Origin: Desulfovibrio sp. UBA6079
GTDB lineage: Bacteria > Desulfobacterota > Desulfovibrionia > Desulfovibrionales > Desulfovibrionaceae
Direction: 5' to 3'
DNA length: 64,000 bases
Assembly: GCA_002428705.1 (NCBI GenBank)
Contig: DIXN01000001.1
Coordinates: forward strand, 15,030 to 79,029
Made by a program: the position numbers and the translations under genes. Every line of letters begins with the position of its first letter. Positions within the stretch are counted from its first letter, which is position 1. The notes beneath the pieces were generated by a model, which ran no database searches, was not told the DNA's origin, and was given only the letters and a program-made list of their open reading frames with translations. Positions 48,148 through 56,113 of the stretch are shown here, piece after piece.

Positions 48148-48303
48148 GGCCACCAAGCTGAAAATCGAAGCCGCCCGGTGTTCTTCGCACCGGGCGGCTT
48201 CGATTTTCAGACTGCGGGGTCGAGGGGGATCATCCCCCTCGTGGGGTGCAGGGGCAACGCCCCTGCTGGGGTCCAGGGGCGAAGCCCCTGGCCGCCGGAG
48301 GCC
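48148..48303 (+). repeat. modular hairpin mosaic repeat, copy F (HP1-HP2-HP3a-HP3b-tail; most complete)
   Basis: HP1 48158..48210: CTGAAAATCGAAGCCGCCCGGTG / CACCGGGCGGCTTCGATTTTCAG. HP2 48221..48241: CGAGGGGGAT-C-ATCCCCCTCG. HP3a 48248..48266: GCAGGGGC-AAC-GCCCCTGC. HP3b 48273..48291: CCAGGGGC-GAA-GCCCCTGG. Tail 48292..48303. Ends 8 nt before the dnaA stop codon. Confidence 0.9.
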
Positions 48304-48310
48304 CGCCCGG

Positions 48311-49684
48311 CTACAGGTTCATATGGTTGATGGTGTGGGTGATCTGGCGGCCGAGGGGGGTTTGCTGGGCGATTTCGCGTTCGAGCTTGGTGATGCCCTT
48401 GATCACGGTGGAGTGGCGGCGGTTGAATTCCTGGCCGATGTCTTCGAGGGACAGGCCGGTATGCTTGCGGGCCAGGTAGAAGGCGGTGTTGCGGGCGATG
48501 ACGATGTTCTGTCTGCGGCTTTTGGAGCTCAGCTCGTCCTGGCTCAGGCGGAAGTTCTGGCAGACGGCGCGGATGATGGCGGCGAGGTCGGGGCCGGCTT
48601 CCTTGGCTTCGTAGTTGCGCAGGGTCTCCAGGGCCAGCTCGGTGGTGATCTGGCGGTTTAAGAGTTTGGCCTTGAGGACGAGCGACTGCAGGCAGCTCTC
48701 GAGGGTCCGGATATCGGCCTGGATGCGCTGGGCGAGGAGTGCGGAGACGTCTTCGGGGACATCGACCTGATAGCGGGTGCGGGCCTTGTGGCTGACGATG
48801 CGCATGCGGGTGTCGAGGTCGGGGTGCTCGATGACGGCGAGCAGGCCGGCGCAGAAACGGGAGGCCAGCTGGCGGTCGACGCCGGAGAGTTCGCGGGGGA
48901 GAAACGAGCTGGTCAGGACGATCTTGCTGCCGTGCTCGCGCAGGGCTTTCAAGGTGGCCAGGAGCTCGTCCTGGATCTTCTCCTTGCCCTGGAGGAAGTG
49001 GATGTCCTCGAGGAGGAGGATGTCGACGTGGTCGCGGAACTCGGCCTTGAAGCGGTCCATCTCGCGCATCTTGAGAGCCAGGACCATGCGCGTGGCGAAC
49101 TCCTCGGCGGTCAGGTAGCGCACGCGCACGGCGCGGGTGTTGGCGATGGCGGTCAGGGAGCGGCCGATGGCCTGGAGGAGGTGGGTCTTGCCCAGGCCCG
49201 GGGAGGAGCAGAGGATGAGCTGATCGGAGAGCAGGGTCTTGCGGCACAGGCCCTGGGAGGCGGCGAAGGCCAGCTCGTTGCAGGGTCCGACCACGAAATC
49301 GTCGAAGGAGAAGCGCCAGGCCGGGGCGGTGCGGGGCGCCGGGGCAGGAGCCAGGACCGCCGGGGGCGTGGCGGCGGGCGCGGGCAGGGCCATGGGGCGC
49401 TGCACGGCCGGGTCGGCGGGCGGCGGGGTCGGATGTAAAGCAGTGGAGCGCGGACGCGTGCTCACGGTGACCCTGGCCGGCCGGCCGAGGACGTCGCTTG
49501 CGGCCTGGGTCACGGTGGTCAGCAGGCGGTCGCGGACGCCGCTGGCGACGAACTCGTTGGGTGCGACAAGTTCACAGTGATCGTCCCTGATGACCGCCGA
49601 GAGGGGGCTGATCCAGATTTTAAAAAGGCCAGGATTCAGGTTTTTTTGGAGGATATGGAGGATGCGGTCCCAGCTTGTCTTCAT
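48311..49684 (-). CDS. dnaA: DnaA-family chromosomal replication initiator (possibly a divergent paralogue)
   Basis: Domain I MKTSWDRILHILQKNLNPGLFKIWISPL, a Pro/Ala-rich linker, AAA+ Walker A SSPGLGKTHLLQAIG, LLLEDIHFLQGKEKIQDEL, and domain IV IVIARNTAFYLARKHTGLSLEDIGQEFNRRHSTVIKG. Confidence 0.8.
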   Translation of the reverse strand: MKTSWDRILHILQKNLNPGLFKIWISPLSAVIRDDHCELVAPNEFVASGVRDRLLTTVTQAASDVLGRPARVTVSTRPRSTALHPTPPPADPAVQRPMALPAPAATPPAVLAPAPAPRTAPAWRFSFDDFVVGPCNELAFAASQGLCRKTLLSDQLILCSSPGLGKTHLLQAIGRSLTAIANTRAVRVRYLTAEEFATRMVLALKMREMDRFKAEFRDHVDILLLEDIHFLQGKEKIQDELLATLKALREHGSKIVLTSSFLPRELSGVDRQLASRFCAGLLAVIEHPDLDTRMRIVSHKARTRYQVDVPEDVSALLAQRIQADIRTLESCLQSLVLKAKLLNRQITTELALETLRNYEAKEAGPDLAAIIRAVCQNFRLSQDELSSKSRRQNIVIARNTAFYLARKHTGLSLEDIGQEFNRRHSTVIKGITKLEREIAQQTPLGRQITHTINHMNL

Positions 49685-50209
49685 GACGGGAAGGTTTAGC
49701 CCCGAGAGCGGTCAAAGGGCAAGGCGCGAATACGGCCTCCCGGCCGGGCCGGGGCTGGCAGGTTATCTACAAACCAACACGTTGTTTTCATTAATTTTAT
49801 TTGATTTGCTTGCGACTAAAGGACATTCGCATGTCCCCGGATAGCGACCAGCTGGCCGGGGTTTCCGCTGGTCATGTCATTTTTTATCAACAACACTTGA
49901 TATCTTTTTCCACAGGTTAATTTCATGTTTTCATCTGATTTCAAAGCCTAGGATCATTTTTTTGCTTTGCACCTTGCCATAACATTGACATTTTTGGCTG
50001 CTACGCCTGTAACCCCGATGTAACACATCGGCCCGGGGCGGCGATTTGCCTGCCTCCTCCGGACCCGACCCGGTTCCGCCGCACTGTTATCGCTGCGCAC
50101 AAAATGTATTACTACATCCCGGAAAGCAGCCAACCCGGCCGATTCCCGGACTTCGTTTTCAACAAGCGGAAAATGGCCGAACGACGGGGGCCGCCACGTG
50201 CAAGCCCGG
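49685..50209. other. AT-rich intergenic region with three 8/9 DnaA-box matches (dnaA promoter/autoregulatory region or oriC-like)
   Basis: TTATCTACA 49763..49771, TTATCAACA 49884..49892 and TTTTCCACA 49906..49914, compared with TTATCCACA. All three are in the same orientation. AT-rich runs occur at ~49785..49810 and 49920..49965. Confidence 0.4.
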
Positions 50210-50878
50210 CTAGCCCGCGGCCCGCGCGGCGAAGATGCGGATGTCCTCGGCGAAGCGCGCCGAGAGGTCGTTGAAAAGAACCGGGATGCGGGCGGCGAAG
50301 GCCGCGAGCAGCGGCAGCATGACCTCGCGCATCTGGGGGTGGGAGGCCGGGTCGCAGCGCAGGGAGAAGACATGGCGCCACTCGCGCAGGTTGGCGGTCA
50401 TGACGATCTCGGTCTTGAGCGAGTTGGGCAGGACGCTGCGCGCCTCCTGGGCCTTGGCCCCGGCGTCCATGAGCGCGAGATAGGCCGCCTCGCAGGCCAC
50501 CATGGCCTTCTCCCAGATGGCGTACTTGGCCGGGTCGTCCTGCCAGAAGAAGGGCCGGATGACGGTGATCTCGCGGCCGAAGCGGTCACGGGCGTAGTTG
50601 GCGTAGCGCGTGGACTCCTGGGAGAAGGAGGCCAGGCGGTGGCGCACCAGCTCGTGGGTCACGCCGCGGTCGCAAATGATGCGCACGGTGGCCGAGGAGT
50701 GCTCGATGACCGACTCGTGGCCCGAGGCCAGGATGCGGCCGACGAAGGTCTCGGCCGTGCCCGAGGCGATCTTGTCCTCGGACTTGTAGCAGGTCCGGCC
50801 GGCACGCTCGATGAGGGCCAGCACCTCCTCGCCCGAGGGCAGGCGCTCCGGGTGAAAGCTCGGGGGGATAACGCGCAC
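50210..50878 (-). CDS. thyX: flavin-dependent thymidylate synthase
   Basis: ThyX signature RHRLASFSQESTRY. I prefer GTG 50878, which has GGAG 7 nt upstream and lies just after the ruvB stop. The track start TTG 50899 would overlap ruvB by 17 nt. Confidence 0.8.
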   Translation of the reverse strand: MRVIPPSFHPERLPSGEEVLALIERAGRTCYKSEDKIASGTAETFVGRILASGHESVIEHSSATVRIICDRGVTHELVRHRLASFSQESTRYANYARDRFGREITVIRPFFWQDDPAKYAIWEKAMVACEAAYLALMDAGAKAQEARSVLPNSLKTEIVMTANLREWRHVFSLRCDPASHPQMREVMLPLLAAFAARIPVLFNDLSARFAEDIRIFAARAAG

Positions 50879-50882
50879 GGGT

Positions 50883-51869
50883 TCACTCCATGGTTTCAAT
50901 GAGCTTCAGGTGCTGGTAGGCCTTGGCCGTGGCCACCCGGCCGCGGGAGGTGCGTTTCATGAAGCCGCACTGGATGAGGTAGGGCTCGTAGATGTCCTCC
51001 ACCGTGCGCACCTCCTCGCAGCAGGCCACGGCCAGGGTCTTCACCCCCACCGGCCCGCCCGAGAACTGGCGGATGAGCACCGAGAGGATGGTCCGGTCCA
51101 TCTGGTCCAGGCCCGAGGCGTCCACGTCCATGCGCGCAAGCGCGGCCACGGCCAGGTCGGCGTCCACGGCCTCGGCCCCGGCCACCTGGGCGAAGTCAAT
51201 GACCCGCCTGAGCAGCCGCCCGGCTATGCGCGGCGTACCCCGGGCGCGCTCGCCTATGGCTCTGGCCCCTTCCGGGGTGACCTTGGCCCCCAGGATTCCG
51301 GCTGCGCGGGTGACGATGCGCGCAAGATCGGCCGGGGTGTAGAACTCGAGCCGGGCGATGACCCCGAAGCGGTCGCGCAAAGGCGAGGTGAGCAGCCCGA
51401 TGCGCGTGGTCGCTCCGACCAGGGTGAAGGGCTCCAGGCTGATCTTCACCGAGCGCGCGCCCGGCCCCTGGCCGATGATCACGTCGAGCTTGTAGTCCTC
51501 CATGCCCGGGTAGAGGATCTCCTCCACGCTCGCCGGCATGCGGTGGATCTCGTCGATGAACAGGATGTCGTTCTTGCCCAGGTTGGTCAGGATCGCGGCC
51601 AGGTCGCCGGCCCGCTCCAGCACCGGCCCCGAGGTCGAGATCATGTTCACCCCGAGCTCCGAGGCCATGATCTGGGCCAGCGTGGTCTTGCCCAGGCCCG
51701 GGCTGCCGTAGAAGAGCGTGTGGTCCAGGGCCTTGCCCCGTTCCCTGGCCGCCTGCAGGAAGACCGCGAGGTTCGCGCGCAGGTCGTCCTGGCCGATGAA
51801 ATCGGCCAGGCGATGGGGCCGTAGCGTGTCGTCGGGCTTCTTGCCGGGGGTGGGTGCTGGCATGGTCAT
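50883..51869 (-). CDS. ruvB: Holliday junction branch migration helicase RuvB
   Basis: [12 protein letters not shown]..., Walker [21 protein letters not shown]. Confidence 0.95.
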   Translation of the reverse strand: MTMPAPTPGKKPDDTLRPHRLADFIGQDDLRANLAVFLQAARERGKALDHTLFYGSPGLGKTTLAQIMASELGVNMISTSGPVLERAGDLAAILTNLGKNDILFIDEIHRMPASVEEILYPGMEDYKLDVIIGQGPGARSVKISLEPFTLVGATTRIGLLTSPLRDRFGVIARLEFYTPADLARIVTRAAGILGAKVTPEGARAIGERARGTPRIAGRLLRRVIDFAQVAGAEAVDADLAVAALARMDVDASGLDQMDRTILSVLIRQFSGGPVGVKTLAVACCEEVRTVEDIYEPYLIQCGFMKRTSRGRVATAKAYQHLKLIETME

Positions 51870-51876
51870 CCTGACG

Positions 51877-52485
51877 TCATCCGGCCTTGGCGGCGGCCAT
51901 GGCCTTGAGGCAGGCCCTGAGCGCCCCGGCGGCGTCGAGGTCGGGCTCGGCCTCGAGCACCCGGCGGGCCACGGCCGCGCCCTCCTGGTCGTCGTAGCCG
52001 AGGTTGCGCAGGCCCACCAGGACGTCGTCGAAGACCCCGCCCACGGCCTTGGCCTTGGACCGGGGCACGCTCGGCCGGCCGTCGTCGAGCTTGAACTTCA
52101 GCTCGACCATGATCTGCTGCCCGCTCTTCTTGCCGATGCCCGAGACCGAGGTCAGGGCCGTAAGGTCGCCGGAGGCCACCACCTCGCGCAGCTCCTCGGG
52201 GGAGAAGCGCGAGAGGATGGCCAGGGCCTTTCGCGGGCCTAAGTTCGAGACCGAGGTCAGGATGCGGAAAAGCCCGCGCTCCTCCAGGGTCTCGAAGCCG
52301 AAGAGCTCGTTTGCGTCCTCGCGGATGACCTGGACGGTGAAGAACCGGGCCTCGCTGCCGGGCTCGGGCAGGTGGGCCAGGGCCGGAGTGGGCAGGAAGA
52401 CCTCGTAGCCCACGCCGCCGGGCGTGGCCAGCAGGCAGGAGCGCTCGGTCGCGGCCAGGACCGTGCCTTTGACATGGCAGATCAT
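51877..52485 (-). CDS. ruvA: Holliday junction DNA-binding protein RuvA
   Basis: [10 protein letters not shown]..., GVGYEVFLP, HhH motifs ...[12 protein letters not shown]. Confidence 0.9.
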   Translation of the reverse strand: MICHVKGTVLAATERSCLLATPGGVGYEVFLPTPALAHLPEPGSEARFFTVQVIREDANELFGFETLEERGLFRILTSVSNLGPRKALAILSRFSPEELREVVASGDLTALTSVSGIGKKSGQQIMVELKFKLDDGRPSVPRSKAKAVGGVFDDVLVGLRNLGYDDQEGAAVARRVLEAEPDLDAAGALRACLKAMAAAKAG

Positions 52486-52994
52486 GCGATCCCCGCCAGG
52501 CGCTTGAAGCGCCGCTCGTTCAGGTGGCAGATGGCCACGGCCAGGGCGTCGGAGGCGTCCACGGCCAGGGGTTTGGCCTCGCCCAGGAGCCGGCCGACCA
52601 TGAAGGCCACCTGGCTCTTCTCCGCCCGGCCCACGCCGACGATGCTCTTCTTGACGTAGGTCGGCTCGTAGGCCTCGACCGGCACGCCGCCCGCGGCGCA
52701 GGCCGTGAGCGCCGCGCCCCTGGCCTGGCCGAGGATGAGGGCGCTGCGCGCGTTGGCCGAGACGAAGACGTCCTCCACGGCCGCGACCTCGGGCCGGTGC
52801 GCAGCGATGAGCTCGCTGAGTCGGCTGAAGATGCGGTAGAGGCGCTCGGCCATGGGCTCGGCCGAGGTGCCGCGGATGACCCCGGCGGCGACCAGGCTGA
52901 GCGAACCCGAAGTCTCGGCCACCAGGCCGTAGCCCGTGGCCCGCGAGCCCGGGTCGAGCCCCAGGACCACGACGGCGCCCTCTGCGCGCGGCAT
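52482..52994 (-). CDS. ruvC: Holliday junction resolvase RuvC
   Basis: VVLGLDPGSRATGYGLV (catalytic Asp block). 170 aa with a 4-nt overlap with ruvA. Confidence 0.9.
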   Translation of the reverse strand: MPRAEGAVVVLGLDPGSRATGYGLVAETSGSLSLVAAGVIRGTSAEPMAERLYRIFSRLSELIAAHRPEVAAVEDVFVSANARSALILGQARGAALTACAAGGVPVEAYEPTYVKKSIVGVGRAEKSQVAFMVGRLLGEAKPLAVDASDALAVAICHLNERRFKRLAGIA

Positions 52995-53744
52995 CTAGGC
53001 GCCCATCTCCTCGAGCAGGCTCTCCGGCAGCTCGAAGTTGCCGTAGACGTTCTGCACGTCGTCGTTGTCCTCCAGCAGATCGACCATCTTCACGATCTTG
53101 CGCCCGGCCTCGTCGTCCAGGGGCACGGTGGTCTTGGCGATCATGTCGATCTTGGCGCTCTCGAAGCTGAGCCCAGAGGCCTCGAAGGCGGCCTGCGCGG
53201 CCTCGAAATCGGCCGGCGCGGTGCGCACCTCCCAGTAGTCGTCGTCATCGACCACGTCCTCGACTCCGGCCTCGAGACCTACCTCCATCAGCCTGTCCTC
53301 GGTGACGGCGCTCTTGGGGAAGGAGAAGATGCCCTTCTTGTCGAAGATCCAGCCCACCGACCCGGTCTCGCCGAGCTGGCCGCCGTGCTTGGCCAGAATG
53401 TGCCGGACCTCGGCCACGGTGCGGTTCTTGTTGTCGGTAACGGCCTCGATGACCAGGGCCACGCCGCCCGGGCCGTAGCCCTCGTAGGTGATCTCGTCCA
53501 GGACCTCGGCCGTCAGCTCGCCGGTGCCCTTCTTGATCGCGGTCTCGATCTTGTCCTTGGGCAGGTTGACCGCCTTGGCCGCGGTGATGGCCGTGCGCAG
53601 GCGGGCGTTGGAGGCCGGGTCGCCGCCGCCGCTCTTGGCCGCGAGCATGACCTCCTTGGCCGCCTTGGTGAACAGCTTGCCGCGCTTGGCGTCCTGCGCG
53701 CCCTTGCGCAAGCGGATATTGGCCCATTTGCTATGACCGGACAT
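52995..53744 (-). CDS. yebC: YebC/PmpR-family transcriptional regulator
   Basis: MSGHSKWANIRLRKGAQDAKRGKLFTK... is the canonical N-terminus. Confidence 0.9.
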   Translation of the reverse strand: MSGHSKWANIRLRKGAQDAKRGKLFTKAAKEVMLAAKSGGGDPASNARLRTAITAAKAVNLPKDKIETAIKKGTGELTAEVLDEITYEGYGPGGVALVIEAVTDNKNRTVAEVRHILAKHGGQLGETGSVGWIFDKKGIFSFPKSAVTEDRLMEVGLEAGVEDVVDDDDYWEVRTAPADFEAAQAAFEASGLSFESAKIDMIAKTTVPLDDEAGRKIVKMVDLLEDNDDVQNVYGNFELPESLLEEMGA

Positions 53745-53749
53745 AATCC

Positions 53750-54355
53750 TTACTCCTTGTGCTCGTTTTCCTTATAACCAAGCCCTATGACGAACATCTC
53801 CTTGGATTCCTCCCGGGAGCTCTTGGGCTTGAAGGTCTTGACCGAGGCGAACGCCTTGCGCAACCCGTCCAGGTAGGCCTTGACGTCCGGCCCCTCGAAG
53901 AACTTGACCACCAGCGACCCGCCCGGAGCCAGCACCTTGCGGGCGATTGTAAAGGCCTCTACGCAAAGTTCCAGCGAATAGGCCTGGTCCCGGAACTTGA
54001 TGCCCGTGGTCTTGGGCGCCATGTCCGAGAGGACTACGTCGAAGGGCGTGAGCCCGTCCATGGCCGCGGCCATCTCCGCCGAGGGGGCGAAGGCGTCGGC
54101 CACCAGGAAGGTGACGTTCTCCGGAAATTCGGTCTCGGTGGCCGAGAGGTCGACCCCCAGCACCCGGCCCTTGCCGCCCACCACCTTGGCGGCAAACAGC
54201 GTCCACGAGCCGGGCGCCGCGCCGAGGTCCAGGATTTTGGCCCCGGGTTTCAGCACCTTGAAGCGCTTGTTGATTTCCTGGAGTTTATATACAGAACGGG
54301 CGGGATAGTTCTCCCGCTTGGCCTTGTTGAAGTAATGATCCCGGTAGGTTTTCAT
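53750..54355 (-). CDS. rlmE: 23S rRNA (uridine-2'-O)-methyltransferase RlmE/FtsJ
   Basis: [13 protein letters not shown]..., SAM motif [23 protein letters not shown]. Confidence 0.9.
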   Translation of the reverse strand: MKTYRDHYFNKAKRENYPARSVYKLQEINKRFKVLKPGAKILDLGAAPGSWTLFAAKVVGGKGRVLGVDLSATETEFPENVTFLVADAFAPSAEMAAAMDGLTPFDVVLSDMAPKTTGIKFRDQAYSLELCVEAFTIARKVLAPGGSLVVKFFEGPDVKAYLDGLRKAFASVKTFKPKSSREESKEMFVIGLGYKENEHKE

Positions 54356-54416
54356 GGGCGGCGTCGTCCGGCCGGGACTATAGCCAAAAGGCGGATGGGC
54401 GCCAATACCTTATGCC

Positions 54417-55928
54417 ATGTCCCGACGCCCTGAAAGACTGCAGATCGTAAACGAGCTCGGCAAGCCCCAGAGCCTGGCCGCGGGCGAGGAGCAGTTCGCC
54501 CGCCTGGGCCACGGCCAGGAGACCCTCGTCCTCGGCCTCGGCCCGGACCCGGCCATCCTCGCCTCGCTCCTGCCCGGCGAGGGCGTGGCCTACGTGGAGT
54601 GCCCGCAGTTCGCGGAGCAGATGCCCGAGCGCTGGGCAGCAAGCATCCCCCCGGGCTGGGCGCGCCTGGCCCCCGAGGACCTCACTCCGGGGCTGCTGGC
54701 CGGCTGCCAGGTGCTCGTCTACACCCCGAACGCAAAGCTCTTCCCCTCGTTCTGGGGGCCGATCCGCGCCGCCTGCCAGCTGGCCCAGGCCCCGGGCGGG
54801 GCGCCGCCGGCCGCATCGGGCGAGGTCTGGCTGCCCGGCGACGAGGACGACCTGCTCGTCTCCGAGATCGCCCAGACGCTCATGGATCTCGGCCTGTCCG
54901 TGCGCCGCCTGGCCACCGAGGGCCTGGCCGCCGAGCTGCCGCGCCTCCTCAAGCACGGCCGGCCGGAGCTGTTCATCAGCGTCAACTTCAAGGGCCTGGA
55001 CCCGCTGGGCGAGAGCTTCTGGCTCATGCGCAAGGCCGGGACCCGGGTGGCCGTATGGTGCGTGGACAACCCCTTCAACCTCGTCTCGGGGCTGAAATCC
55101 GGCTTCTGGCGCAGCGTCCACCTGGCCGTGACCGACGCCTGGTTCGTGGAGCCTTTGCGCGCCCACGGCGCCGAGAACGTCCTGCACCTGCCGCTGGCCG
55201 CCTGGCCGAGCCTGTTCGCCAGCCCCCGGGTGGTGCCGAAGTACGACCTGTCCGGCCGGGTGGTCTTCGTCGGCCGCTCGGAGTTCCCGGAGAAGCAGCG
55301 CTTCTTCGCCGGGGTAGCCCTCCCCGAGGCCACGCTCGACGCCGCCATGAAGCGCCTGGACCAAGGCCTGCGGCCGGATTTCGCCTGGTGGCGCACGGCG
55401 CTCGAGATCGAGCGGCTGTGGCCCGGGGCCGAGGTGCGCAGCGTGGGCCTGGGCGCCGAGCAGTGCAGCCGCGCGGCCCGGGTGCTCACCCTGCAGTCCG
55501 CGGCCGACAACCTGCCCCTGACCATCTTCGGCGACCCGGGCTGGGCCGGCCTGGTCCCGGCCTGCAAGGACCTGCGCGGGCCGGTGGACTACTACGGGCC
55601 GCTCCCCTCCATCTACGCCACGGCCGAGGCCTGCCTGAACGTGACCTCGCTGCTGCTGCCCTTCGGCCTGACCCAGCGCCACTTCGACGTCTGGGCTGCG
55701 GGCGGCTTCCTGCTGACCGACGCGACGCCGGGCTTGCGCCTCTTCCCCGAGGAGCTCACCCGCGAGGTGTCCTTCGAGCACCCGGGCCGCATCGAGGGCA
55801 TGGTCCAGCGCTTCGCGGCCAACCCGGGGCTACGGGCCGACCTGGCCCGGTCCTGGCGGAGCCTGATCCTGGCCGAGCACACCTACCGCCAGCGCCTGGA
55901 AAAGCTCCTGGGCTGGCTCGCGCTGTGA
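54417..55928 (+). CDS. CgeB-like glycosyltransferase-fold protein (DUF3880-type), function unknown
   Basis: The C-terminal block RHFDVWAAGGFLLTD...LAEHTYRQRLEKLL resembles CgeB/Glyco_trans_1_2 family ends. The N-terminal half is unassigned. Confidence 0.5.
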   Translation: MSRRPERLQIVNELGKPQSLAAGEEQFARLGHGQETLVLGLGPDPAILASLLPGEGVAYVECPQFAEQMPERWAASIPPGWARLAPEDLTPGLLAGCQVLVYTPNAKLFPSFWGPIRAACQLAQAPGGAPPAASGEVWLPGDEDDLLVSEIAQTLMDLGLSVRRLATEGLAAELPRLLKHGRPELFISVNFKGLDPLGESFWLMRKAGTRVAVWCVDNPFNLVSGLKSGFWRSVHLAVTDAWFVEPLRAHGAENVLHLPLAAWPSLFASPRVVPKYDLSGRVVFVGRSEFPEKQRFFAGVALPEATLDAAMKRLDQGLRPDFAWWRTALEIERLWPGAEVRSVGLGAEQCSRAARVLTLQSAADNLPLTIFGDPGWAGLVPACKDLRGPVDYYGPLPSIYATAEACLNVTSLLLPFGLTQRHFDVWAAGGFLLTDATPGLRLFPEELTREVSFEHPGRIEGMVQRFAANPGLRADLARSWRSLILAEHTYRQRLEKLLGWLAL

Positions 55929-55979
55929 GCCTTTCCCTTGACCGCCACCCAAAACGGGGTTAGGTAACCCTTCTTTCGT

Positions 55980-56055
55980 GGGGATGTAGCTCAGTTGGGA
56001 GAGCGCTGCGTTCGCAACGCAGAAGTCGTGGGTTCAAGTCCCATCATCTCCACCA
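55980..56055 (+). tRNA. tRNA-Ala (anticodon CGC)
   Basis: 76 nt: GGGGATG TA GCTC AGTTGGGA GAGC G CTGCG TTCGCAA CGCAG AAGTC GTGGG TTCAAGT CCCAT CATCTCC A CCA. It folds as a cloverleaf, has the G3:U70 Ala identity pair, and encodes the CCA end. Confidence 0.93.
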
Positions 56056-56065
56056 GGAATTTCAA

Positions 56066-56105
56066 GGGCTTACGGCCGGAAGGCGGTAGGCCCTTTTCGT
56101 TTTTT
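56066..56105 (+). terminator. rho-independent terminator after tRNA-Ala
   Basis: GGGCTTAC-GGCCGGAAGGCG-GTAGGCCC (8-bp stem including one G.U pair) followed by TTTTCGTTTTTT. Confidence 0.6.
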
Positions 56106-56113
56106 GGCGGGCG

